Shown here piece by piece: positions 37,923-46,536 of a DNA stretch of 64,000 nt. Origin of the DNA: a virus; the IMG/VR virus record IMGVR_UViG_3300037240_000024, positions 152 through 64,151 of that record; one strand, written 5' to 3'. The notes below the pieces were generated by a model. It did no database searches, was not told the origin of the DNA, and saw nothing but the letters and a program-made list of their open reading frames with translations. How positions within the stretch are numbered: the stretch's first letter is position 1; every line of letters begins with the position of its first letter. A program made the translations under genes and the position numbers.

Positions 37923-38327
37923 ATGATCGAGATTCGCATGGACGGCCAGCCCGTCGGCAAGGGACGCCCGCGCTTCTCTCGCAAGACCGGCACGGTCTAC
38001 ACGCCCGAGAAGACGGCGCGCTACGAAGAGCGTCTCGCCTGGGCGGCGCAGAGCATCATGGCGGGGCGTCCGCTGCTGACGGGGCCGCTTTGGGTCGAGG
38101 TGATCGCATGGATGGAGATTCCCAAATCGAAGCCCAAGGCGTTTCGTGCCGCAGCTCTGGCGAACAGCATCTGGCCGACGACGAAACCGGATGGGGACAA
38201 CATCGCGAAAATGCTTGACGCCATGAACCGCGTCGTGTGGGTCGACGATTCCCAGATCGTCAAGCTCGTTGTCAGCAAGCACTATTCCGAGCGACCCTGT
38301 CTTATCGTGACGGTTCGCGAAAAATAG
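37923..38327 (+). CDS. rusA: RusA-family Holliday junction resolvase
   Basis: PVGKGRPRFS...YTP, TKPDGDNIAK.LDAMN..VW.DDSQIV. Confidence 0.9.
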   Translation: MIEIRMDGQPVGKGRPRFSRKTGTVYTPEKTARYEERLAWAAQSIMAGRPLLTGPLWVEVIAWMEIPKSKPKAFRAAALANSIWPTTKPDGDNIAKMLDAMNRVVWVDDSQIVKLVVSKHYSERPCLIVTVREK

Positions 38328-38329
38328 GC

Positions 38330-38358
38330 TTGACGCTAAAATAACAAAGTGTTATAGC
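38330..38358 (+). promoter_or_regulatory. sigma70-like promoter overlapped by an operator
   Basis: TTGACG-17bp-TATAGC; TAACA-AAG-TGTTA at 38342-38354. Confidence 0.65.
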
Positions 38359-38556
38359 GATCCTGCGAAACGGTCGAAACTGAGAAACGGACGGGCAGGT
38401 AGCCATGAGCAAAGACACGGAAGAAATGTTCGCGCTTATGGGCGCTGCGCTCATGCTTTTAGGCCTCCTGAGTCTGCTGGTCCAAGTTCCCGTGTTTACA
38501 GGCGGCGCTGGGCTTCTCCTTTACGGTGTTTCCGTCGTCGGCGGCTGGTTTCGCAA

Positions 38557-39891
38557 ATGATGACCCCCATGCCGACGCAACTGACGGGCGCCGCGTTCTT
38601 GGCGGCTCGTCCGACGGCGCTGCTGGCCGACGAGCCGCGCGTCGGGAAAACAGGCGCTGCGCTGCTAGCCGCGCGGACATTTGCAGGCATTGAAATGGGT
38701 CGGAAAGGACTTCTTTTTAGAGTTCTGATCGTAACGACATCGTCAGGCCGTGCAGTGTGGTTGCGCGCCGTCAGAGAGTGGATAACAGGCAACCAGCACA
38801 TAGCGTTTAACATTGTATCCTGGGATGACGTAAGACAGCCGAAAGCATACGCAGCGTTGATTGACGCAGAGTTTAATCTCGCCATCCTCGACGAGGACCA
38901 CCGGGCCAAAAATCCCGACACGAAGACTGCGCAAGCCGTCTACGGCAAGTTCAATCAATGGGGCGACCGGATTACGAAGGGCCTCGTTACCGACATTCCG
39001 CGCGTCTGGCACCTGTCGGGAACGCCCTGTCCGCATGATCTCGGCGACATGTGGTGCCGGCTACGCTCTTCGGCGCCGCACCTGCTTCACAACATCGGCG
39101 AGATGCCTGACGTCACCTCCTATGAGTCGTTTCGCAACCGCTACTGCGTGATGCGACCGAAGAAGTTGTCGAACTGGACGACGATCATGGTCGTGATCGG
39201 CGGCAAAAACGAAGCGGAGCTGAAGGCTCGCATTGGTGACTGGATGCTGCGCCGAACACAGAAAGACGTCGGCATCCGACCGCCGGTGCAAGAGCTTATG
39301 CCGCTGATCGTGTCGCCGGCGCAGCGCCGCGAGATTGCCACCGACAAGCAGGCGAGCGAGATCATGGCGGCGATCGAGAGCGGCATGACGCGCGAACTCG
39401 AAATGGACCTCGGGCCCCTGCGGCGGATCACAGGACGGATCAAAGCCGAAGCGATCGTCGTCGCGGCGAAAGAATGGCTGGAGGACAACCCCGGCGACAA
39501 GCTGGTGCTGGCCTACTATCACCGGGAAGTCGGTGACATTCTTCAGGAGAGTCTCGGCTCCGTGCAGTGCTGTCGTGTTGATGGCTCGACTTCGCCGCGT
39601 GCCAGAGAACTTGAGCAGGAGATGTTCGCTCAAAGACCGCCGCTGCGCATCTTCCTTGCGCAGATCGACGCGGCGGGCGAGTCGATTGATCTGAGCGCGG
39701 CGGCGGAACTGTGGTTTGTGGAATCAACGTTTTCTCCGAAATCCATGAAACAGATGGCGGCACGTATTTCGAACGTGAATCAGGTGAAAAATACGTATAT
39801 AAAAGTTGCGTTCATTGAAAATTCAATTGACGACGCGATTCAATCATCGTTAATTCGGTTGTGGTCGTCAATTAAAGAAGTGGTGGCATGA
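38557..39891 (+). CDS. SNF2-family helicase
   Basis: LADEPRVGKT, ILDEDH, LSGTP, GESIDL motifs. Confidence 0.85.
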   Translation: MMTPMPTQLTGAAFLAARPTALLADEPRVGKTGAALLAARTFAGIEMGRKGLLFRVLIVTTSSGRAVWLRAVREWITGNQHIAFNIVSWDDVRQPKAYAALIDAEFNLAILDEDHRAKNPDTKTAQAVYGKFNQWGDRITKGLVTDIPRVWHLSGTPCPHDLGDMWCRLRSSAPHLLHNIGEMPDVTSYESFRNRYCVMRPKKLSNWTTIMVVIGGKNEAELKARIGDWMLRRTQKDVGIRPPVQELMPLIVSPAQRREIATDKQASEIMAAIESGMTRELEMDLGPLRRITGRIKAEAIVVAAKEWLEDNPGDKLVLAYYHREVGDILQESLGSVQCCRVDGSTSPRARELEQEMFAQRPPLRIFLAQIDAAGESIDLSAAAELWFVESTFSPKSMKQMAARISNVNQVKNTYIKVAFIENSIDDAIQSSLIRLWSSIKEVVA

Positions 39892-40400
39892 GAAAATCTT
39901 TACCAATTGAAGAACTTCACCGACTGTTCGTGTGCGACGCGAAAGTGGGACGTTTGTGGTGGAAGTACCGGGACGACGTTAACCCCACGTGGAACATACG
40001 GTGGGCCGGTAAAGAAGCAGGCGGTCCTATTCGCGGCTATTGGCAGGTTATCATTCATTACAAGAATTATAGGAGACACAGAATCATATGGGCGATGCAC
40101 TATGGGTTTTGGCCGAAGAACGGCCTGGATCATAGAAAGGGGACCGGCGAAGGAGATGGAATTGCCAATTTGCGAGAGGCCAGTCAGCCAGAAAATACCA
40201 GAAATGTAAAAATCCATCACGACAACGGTTCAGGTCTTAAAGGGGTGTGCTGGCACAAAGCGATGAAAAAGTGGCACGCCCAATTGATGTTCGACGGCAT
40301 CCGCGTCTTATCCGAATTCTCAACTTGTCCTGCCGCAGCATCCTTCGTCTATCAGATCGCAGCCGACAAGCACTTCGGCGAATTTGCGAGATTCGCGTGA
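39888..40400 (+). CDS. HNH homing endonuclease with AP2-like C-terminus
   Basis: HRIIWAMHYG.WP...LDH.....NLREA; SGLKGVCWHK..KW.AQ. Confidence 0.8.
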   Translation: MRKSLPIEELHRLFVCDAKVGRLWWKYRDDVNPTWNIRWAGKEAGGPIRGYWQVIIHYKNYRRHRIIWAMHYGFWPKNGLDHRKGTGEGDGIANLREASQPENTRNVKIHHDNGSGLKGVCWHKAMKKWHAQLMFDGIRVLSEFSTCPAAASFVYQIAADKHFGEFARFA

Positions 40401-40594
40401 CGCCCGAAGCCGTCCCAGCCGTGGCGATGCTGATCGTGTTCGTACTTGTCATCGTTGTGGCGATAATCACAACCTCGACGTAGGAGGCCGTATGAGACTC
40501 ACGCTCTTCGCCCGCGCCGTGCTGGCGACTTTCATCGCGGACGCGCTGATCGCGTACGCGACCTACGAATACCTGTTCTAACCGGAGAAACGAA

Positions 40595-41725
40595 GTGGCG
40601 AAAATTCACATTGAAATCGATACGATTGCGGGCGACAATCTGGACGACGTATTCGGAGAATTCGGTTTCTTCCGACGCGACAACCCGGAAGTCCAACGCG
40701 ACGATCAGCACAAGTTCTACCCGAATCCCGACGCTCAACGGCGCCTTATGGAAGCCGCAGCGGCCGGTCAACGCGCTCGGGACGTGCCACCGACGCCTGC
40801 CGCGCCCGGCACAGGCTATACGGAAGAGACGAAGCCGCAGATCGTGAACATCACCAGCGGCGCCCCGCTCGGCCCCTACGACGGCGAGCGCAAGCGCGGT
40901 GAGGCGCTGCCGCCAGGCCGTCGCCGGACCAACGCGCAGATCGAAAGCGACAAGCTTTACTTCGACCAGGAGCACAACAAGGAATCGAATGGCGCCGCTG
41001 CGCTCGCCGCAATGGACAAGGGCGTTCACGGCCAGCACGAGATGAAGATCGAAGGCGTCGACATTGACCACTCTGGTAGCGCGGCGAGCTTCACGATCTC
41101 GTCGGGCGCTGAACGCGTCAATCTCGAAGATAAAATCAACGCTCAAGATCTCAGCGAGCGCGCCCAGGACGCCGCCGACGAGGCTGCGGAGATCGCCGCG
41201 TTCGCCAACGTGAAAGGCGCCGGCGAGCCGACGCTGGAGGATCTGCGGGCTGTTGCGGCGGCCTACGCCCACAAGTTCGGCATCAAGAACCAGATCACCG
41301 ACATGCGCCGCATTCTGGGCTGCGCGATCATCGATGTGCCGAAGGACGAAATCGCCGCCGCCATCGCGCGGGTTCAGGCTGCGCTGGCGGCGACGAACAT
41401 CGATGAGCATCTCGCTAAGACGAGCGAGCCCGAGAAGCCTGCCGCGCCGCGCACGGCGACCAAAGACGAACTCGTGCAGGCGATGCTAGCGTACGGCAAG
41501 AAGTACGACGGCTCAATCAAGCCCGACGAAATGATCTTCACCAAGGAAGATCTGCCCAAGGTGTTCGGTCAGGTCTTCGGCGCCGGCGTGACGGGGCTGG
41601 GGTCGATGCCCGGCGCGGTCGGCAACGATTTCAGCAAGATCACGCCCGAGAATTTCGGCAGAGTCGTTGCTGCGGTCGAGCAGGCGACGACGGCGAATCC
41701 GTTCAAGCGGGAGGTGCGGAAATGA
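40595..41725 (+). CDS. hypothetical replication-module protein
   Basis: 376 aa upstream of the DUF2800 nuclease. Confidence 0.65.
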   Translation: MAKIHIEIDTIAGDNLDDVFGEFGFFRRDNPEVQRDDQHKFYPNPDAQRRLMEAAAAGQRARDVPPTPAAPGTGYTEETKPQIVNITSGAPLGPYDGERKRGEALPPGRRRTNAQIESDKLYFDQEHNKESNGAAALAAMDKGVHGQHEMKIEGVDIDHSGSAASFTISSGAERVNLEDKINAQDLSERAQDAADEAAEIAAFANVKGAGEPTLEDLRAVAAAYAHKFGIKNQITDMRRILGCAIIDVPKDEIAAAIARVQAALAATNIDEHLAKTSEPEKPAAPRTATKDELVQAMLAYGKKYDGSIKPDEMIFTKEDLPKVFGQVFGAGVTGLGSMPGAVGNDFSKITPENFGRVVAAVEQATTANPFKREVRK

Positions 41726-41879
41726 GGTGGCTCATTCAAGGCGCTGTCTGCCTAGCGTGCTTTGCACTGTGGGACATAGTGAAGCTTCCACGCGGCGAAT
41801 CCTATTTCACCTTTCTTGAAGCGTATCGCATCTCGATCGTCGCTTTTGCCTCGCAGGGTATCGTCTACCCGTGGTTCGC

Positions 41880-43208
41880 ATGAGCGCCGCCCCGCACAGT
41901 GACCGAGCCCACGCGCAATGGAGCGCGTCGGCCACCAGTCGAAATTGCCACTGTCCCGGCGCCATCGCCATGTCCTCGCTGTGCGAAGACGTCGAGCGCG
42001 AGGTGGCGGCATGGGGCACGGCGTGTCACCAGATCTCGGAGCGTGTGCTACGAAGCGACGATCCGAGCCTCGACGCCTCTCGTTTCATTGGCATGATCGA
42101 AAAGTCCGGCAAATTCGAGTTCGTCGTCGACGAGGAAATGGCGAACTGCTCTCAGGTCTACATCGAATATTGCTACGAACGCGTGAACAGATACAACGAG
42201 GAAACTGGCGAGATGCCGGTTTCGTGGATCGAGCACAAGCTAAGCCTCGCTTCGCTCGATCCGCCGCTCGAAGCCGGCGGCACCGGGGATTTCATCATCT
42301 GGTTTCCGAAGTGGAAGCTGCTGGAGGTGATCGATTTGAAGGGTGGTCGCGGCGTCACGGTTGACGTCGTCGGCAATCCGCAAGGCCGTTCGTACGCGAT
42401 AGGCGCAATTCTGTCGCTGCCGGGTCTCGACGTCGAACGCGTCATGGTGACGATCGTGCAGCCGCGCGTCGGCGACGGTCTGCCGAAGTCGGACGAGTTC
42501 CACGTGGCTGATCTTTACGATTGGACGCACGATCTGCTCAAACACATGTGGGAAGCAAAAGAGGCGCTTGAGGCGTTCTCAGTGATCGGCGGTACGAAGA
42601 ACACTGTTCTGTTTGAACAATGGGCCGAAGACTGGCTGAACCCCGGTCAATGCACCTTCTGCACCGCCAAGCCGATTTGCCCGGCGCTGCGGAAGAAAGC
42701 CTTGGCGGCGATGCCGGAACTGGCGCGGAAATGGCACGAGGACGTGACGTTGGAAACCGTGCCGACGTTGAGCAATCTAGCGAAGTTGGGGTCTGCCGAA
42801 GAACTCGGCCACGACCTCGACGGCTTCGATGAGCTTGAAGGATGGATCAAGGCTCGGCGGGCTTACGCGCACGCCCAGGCCGAGTGTGGCGAGCCGCCGA
42901 CGGGCTACGGGCTGGTCGACAAGATCGGCAACCGGGCTTGGAAGGAAAACGAGACGCGAACCTGGATGCTGTTGCACGAGAAGCTCGAAATGGGCTTCGA
43001 GGACGCGTACTCGGCTCGCGAACTGAAGTCCGTCGCTCAGATCGAAAAGGTGCTGGGCAAGCGCAAAGGCGAACTGGCGGCGCTTGAAGGAACTCTCTGG
43101 GAGAAACCCGTTCGCGGTTCCAACTTGGTTCGACTTGATAAAACAAGTCGAGCGCCAGCGAAAACACTGGCTGAGCGGTTCAACGAAACGGTCGAAACGG
43201 AGAAATGA
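41880..43208 (+). CDS. DUF2800 Cas4-like PD-(D/E)XK exonuclease
   Basis: HAQWSAS...CPG, GTACH, GGTGDF...VIDLKGG, CTFC.AK..CP. Confidence 0.85.
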   Translation: MSAAPHSDRAHAQWSASATSRNCHCPGAIAMSSLCEDVEREVAAWGTACHQISERVLRSDDPSLDASRFIGMIEKSGKFEFVVDEEMANCSQVYIEYCYERVNRYNEETGEMPVSWIEHKLSLASLDPPLEAGGTGDFIIWFPKWKLLEVIDLKGGRGVTVDVVGNPQGRSYAIGAILSLPGLDVERVMVTIVQPRVGDGLPKSDEFHVADLYDWTHDLLKHMWEAKEALEAFSVIGGTKNTVLFEQWAEDWLNPGQCTFCTAKPICPALRKKALAAMPELARKWHEDVTLETVPTLSNLAKLGSAEELGHDLDGFDELEGWIKARRAYAHAQAECGEPPTGYGLVDKIGNRAWKENETRTWMLLHEKLEMGFEDAYSARELKSVAQIEKVLGKRKGELAALEGTLWEKPVRGSNLVRLDKTSRAPAKTLAERFNETVETEK

Positions 43209-43211
43209 GAA

Positions 43212-43838
43212 ATGGCAAACGCAAGAGCCGAAGACTTCAAGACCGATCTGTGCCGGCTGTCCTACGCGCAATCGCTCTACAAGGCGCGCGCGAACGAAGG
43301 CGGCGGGGCGCCGAAGTTCGGCTGCACGCTGATCTTCCCGAAAGCGTCTCGTGCGGCGCTGGAGAAGATCGTCGCCAAGGTCATCACCGAGCAGTGGGGG
43401 CCGAGCGGCATTGAGCGCGCCGGGAAGGGTCTCATCAAATCGCCGTTCCTGGCTGGCGACGGCAAGGAGGCGCATTCCAAGAAGACCGGCGAACTTCACG
43501 CGGGGCTCGGCCCTGAAGTGTTCTTCATCCGCCCGACGGCCAACGAGGATCGACCGCCGCGTGTCTGGTGGAAAGACCCGAACAAGCAGGAGACCGAGGA
43601 CGCTGTCTACTCCGGCTGCATGGGCAAGGCGATCCTGAACGCCTTCGCGTGGAGCGCCGCCAGCGGCGACGGCGTGTCGTTCGGCATCCTGGGCTTCCAG
43701 AAGCTTCAGGAAGGCGAGCGACTCGGCGGCAGCGGCGGCGTCGACACGGACAAGTGGAACGAGACCATCGCCGACGAAGGCCCGGCGCCCGAAGCGACGA
43801 AGGGTGGCGGCGGCGCTTCTTCACTTTTTGGCGACTAA
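43212..43838 (+). CDS. DUF2815 single-stranded DNA-binding protein
   Basis: RLSYA...PKFGCTLIFPK, VYSGC, GVSFGILGFQKLQEGERLGG, acidic tail. Confidence 0.85.
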   Translation: MANARAEDFKTDLCRLSYAQSLYKARANEGGGAPKFGCTLIFPKASRAALEKIVAKVITEQWGPSGIERAGKGLIKSPFLAGDGKEAHSKKTGELHAGLGPEVFFIRPTANEDRPPRVWWKDPNKQETEDAVYSGCMGKAILNAFAWSAASGDGVSFGILGFQKLQEGERLGGSGGVDTDKWNETIADEGPAPEATKGGGGASSLFGD

Positions 43839-44024
43839 GACGACACAGCGCCGCGCCAATCCCGGCGCGGCGTACTGGGGAGGCGAGCATGGAACCGTGC
43901 AAGCATTGCGGCTCAACCGAAGAGGCTGTTTGTTGGTGGTTTGAGAGCCACGACGATTTAGAAGCGCCTTGCGGAGCCGAGTCTGGCGACGAAGACAAAT
44001 TTAACGATCAAGGCGAGGACGAGC

Positions 44025-44282
44025 GTGGCTAAGAAATCTGCCGAGATCGGCGACAACAGCAACGGCCAGCTACTGGCCTTCATTGAGCGCATCGAACGGC
44101 TCAACGAGGAGAAAAAGTCGCTCGGCGAGGACATCAAGGAGGTGTTTGCCGAAGCCAAAAGTAGCGGCTACGATCCCAAGATCATGCGCAAGGCGCTGGC
44201 GATTCGTAAGCTGGACAAAGACGCGTACGCTGAGCAGGAAGCGTTGCTCGACACCTACCTAAAAGCGCTCGGAGTCTACTGA
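44025..44282 (+). CDS. gapR: GapR/DUF2312-family nucleoid-associated protein
   Basis: [17 protein letters not shown]...[20 protein letters not shown]...LDTYLKALG. Confidence 0.9.
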   Translation: MAKKSAEIGDNSNGQLLAFIERIERLNEEKKSLGEDIKEVFAEAKSSGYDPKIMRKALAIRKLDKDAYAEQEALLDTYLKALGVY

Positions 44283-44428
44283 TGCACTATTTTATCGTCT
44301 CGGTCGCAGTCGGACTCTTGCTTGGCGCACTCGATTTCTCGGTGTGCTGGGCTACTGGCGTCAACGACCCTATCACCAACGGAATTGTGTTCGGCTTCGG
44401 GGTCTTCGGCGGTAGGGGGTTACGCTGA
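44282..44428 (+). CDS. 48-aa membrane peptide
   Basis: Overlapping start/stop with both neighbours; hydrophobic. Confidence 0.45.
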   Translation: MHYFIVSVAVGLLLGALDFSVCWATGVNDPITNGIVFGFGVFGGRGLR

Positions 44429-44679
44429 TGCTACTTGAACCGATCCTCACCTTCAACCACTTGTTCGTCGAGGCCAAGCAGCGTGGCTTCCAGATGGAGC
44501 GGTTGTGCGAAGACGATTACGGCTTCTGGTTCTGCACATGGCGCAAGGGCGGACAATTCTTCGGCCCCGTCTCACCGCGCCGCCAGCCGTTCATCGCCGC
44601 GCACGACGCCTTCATGACGGCGTTCGCTATCGATGAGATGGTCAAAGAGGAAGAAACCTCCAGCGATCTGTTCGGGTGA
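44428..44679 (+). CDS. hypothetical protein ending DLFG, paralog of 45062..45277
   Basis: GF...WFCTWR motif shared. Confidence 0.6.
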   Translation: MLLEPILTFNHLFVEAKQRGFQMERLCEDDYGFWFCTWRKGGQFFGPVSPRRQPFIAAHDAFMTAFAIDEMVKEEETSSDLFG

Positions 44680-45065
44680 GCGCGATGACGCTGGAACAGG
44701 CTAAAGACCAGATCGCCGAACTGGAGGAGCGTATTCGTCAACTCATCGACGAGCGCGGCGACAATGAACGGTTCTCTGCCGGTCTGGCTTTGCCGAAAAG
44801 GCTCTCCATGCTCGCCGGCATGTTTACGAAGAGACGTCTTGTCACGCACGAGCAAATCATCAACTGCTTCTACGGGGGCTACTTCGACTCCGAGCCTAGA
44901 AAACCGGAAGATGTAATAGCGGTTACGGTGGCGCGTCTTCGTCGTAAACTATCCGACTATGAGATCAAAATACGTTCGCGGTACACGATAGGGTACGAAA
45001 TCAGCGAAGCCGATCAGATGAAGCTGCGGGCGCTTGTGACGACGATGCGGCGGGACGGAGAATGA
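44676..45065 (+). CDS. OmpR/CtrA-type winged-helix DNA-binding protein lacking a receiver domain
   Basis: VTHEQI...YGG...EP...VIAVTVARLRRKL...IRSRYTIGYEI matches Trans_reg_C; N-terminal coiled coil. Confidence 0.75.
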   Translation: MSAMTLEQAKDQIAELEERIRQLIDERGDNERFSAGLALPKRLSMLAGMFTKRRLVTHEQIINCFYGGYFDSEPRKPEDVIAVTVARLRRKLSDYEIKIRSRYTIGYEISEADQMKLRALVTTMRRDGE

Positions 45066-45277
45066 CATGGGACGGCGTCTTCGCGCTGGCGGCGGCCAAC
45101 GGCTTCGAACTCGTCTACCTGAAGCAGGACAGGGGCAGCGATTTCTTCCGATGCATCTGGCGTAACGCAGACGGCAAGCGGTCTCGTGAAATCTTGAGCA
45201 CGGTTGCGTTCAACGCTCTTGAAGGGGCGCTGGAAGAGGCGATGGGCGTGGTTAGGGTAGACGACTTATTCGGCTAA
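45062..45277 (+). CDS. hypothetical protein ending DLFG
   Basis: GFEL...FFRCIWR motif. Confidence 0.6.
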   Translation: MTWDGVFALAAANGFELVYLKQDRGSDFFRCIWRNADGKRSREILSTVAFNALEGALEEAMGVVRVDDLFG

Positions 45278-45287
45278 TGGAGAGATT

Positions 45288-45623
45288 ATGACTCGCGCCC
45301 CGCTATTCAACCGCCGCGCCGGCCAGTCGTTCGAGATCGAGCACTTCGACCCGCTGGCCGGGCCGCAGGGCATGGCGCTGCGGTTCCACATCACGATCGG
45401 CGAGTACAAGGACGGCAAGCCTGGCGAGGTGTTCATCACGGCGCTGGGCAAAGCCGGGCGCGGTTCGATGTTGGAGGCGTTCGCGCGAGACGCCGGGGTG
45501 CTGATCTCTCTCGCGATCCAGTACGGCGCTCCACTGGAAACACAGCGTCGCGCCATCACGCGCGACGCGCAGAACCGGCCATTGACGTTCGTTGGCGCCG
45601 TGCTCGATGCGATGGAGGGGTGA
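45288..45623 (+). CDS. standalone TSCPD/NrdJ C-terminal-like domain protein
   Basis: Y.DGKPGEVFI...K.G...GVLISLAIQYGAPLE. Confidence 0.7.
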   Translation: MTRAPLFNRRAGQSFEIEHFDPLAGPQGMALRFHITIGEYKDGKPGEVFITALGKAGRGSMLEAFARDAGVLISLAIQYGAPLETQRRAITRDAQNRPLTFVGAVLDAMEG

Positions 45624-46324
45624 TGTCTCGATATTTCTGGGCCGCCGAGGAGATCGCAACGCTGTTGCGGCTCAAGGAAGAGGGCCTCTCCAATCAGGAG
45701 ATCGGCGAGCGGTTGAGCGTGACGGACCAGGCCGTGAAAAACAAACTGAAGAAGATGCGGCACGCGCCGCCCAAGCCGTCCGACACGTTCTGGACGCCGG
45801 AGCGCCTCTCGAACCTACGGGTTGGCGTTGAAAACAGGCTGAGCGCGGCCGACATTGCGGCGCTGCTGGGCTGCACACGCAACGCCGTGCGAGGCAAGAT
45901 GGAACGGCTGGGGTTGTGCGTTCCGTCGCTACGACAGAAACGAAATACGATTGCCTATCAGCTGCCGGGCAGACCTCCGTTTGACGCACGTACTATGGAG
46001 GTGTGGGACTCGAACCCGATGTATGCACAATGCGATCACGACGTCAATTTGGTCGAACTAGAATATCGCAGTGCGCGAGACACTGCGGCTAAAGTGCTGT
46101 TCGACGAACCTGAGACGGAAACCGAAGCGCCGCCGGATGGCGTTCCGATCTGGGCTCTGCGAGCAAATCACTGCCGAGCCATTCTCAACGACACGATGGA
46201 CACGGAGGCTCTGCGCTATTGCGGCGGCCAGACCGTCAAAGGCGGCCCATGGTGCAAGACGCATCATGCGAGGTACTGCACGCCAATCCCGGCGCGCGTG
46301 AAGGTGGTTGGGAGGTATCGGTGA
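45620..46324 (+). CDS. gcrA: GcrA-like cell-cycle regulator with extra N-terminal HTH
   Basis: WTPER...SAADIAALLGCTRNAVRGK..RLGL and C-terminal CR...YCG.......WC..H...YC. Confidence 0.75.
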   Translation: MMSRYFWAAEEIATLLRLKEEGLSNQEIGERLSVTDQAVKNKLKKMRHAPPKPSDTFWTPERLSNLRVGVENRLSAADIAALLGCTRNAVRGKMERLGLCVPSLRQKRNTIAYQLPGRPPFDARTMEVWDSNPMYAQCDHDVNLVELEYRSARDTAAKVLFDEPETETEAPPDGVPIWALRANHCRAILNDTMDTEALRYCGGQTVKGGPWCKTHHARYCTPIPARVKVVGRYR

Positions 46325-46536
46325 TGGGTGAGAAGATGTCCGACACGGCTAAGAAGCTGTTTAATGACGTTCGTAATATGGAACGCCGATACGAACATAT
46401 TACAAGACTGGCGAGAGAGTACGAGACGGCTAGATATAAGGAAGAGAGCAGATTTCACTGGTTTGAGTTCTTAACTGGCGTGGTAGTTGGTGTAGCCTGT
46501 GCAGCCATAGCGGTAGCTATTGTTCATATCCTATGA
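46324..46536 (+). CDS. small protein with C-terminal TM
   Basis: MGEKMSD...; hydrophobic tail. Confidence 0.45.
   Translation: MGEKMSDTAKKLFNDVRNMERRYEHITRLAREYETARYKEESRFHWFEFLTGVVVGVACAAIAVAIVHIL

Noticed and set aside
39888-40400. HNH gene as part of a self-splicing intron in the helicase
   Set aside because: Helicase ORF is complete before it (ATGA overlap); no group I core elements noticed; it is a free-standing homing endonuclease
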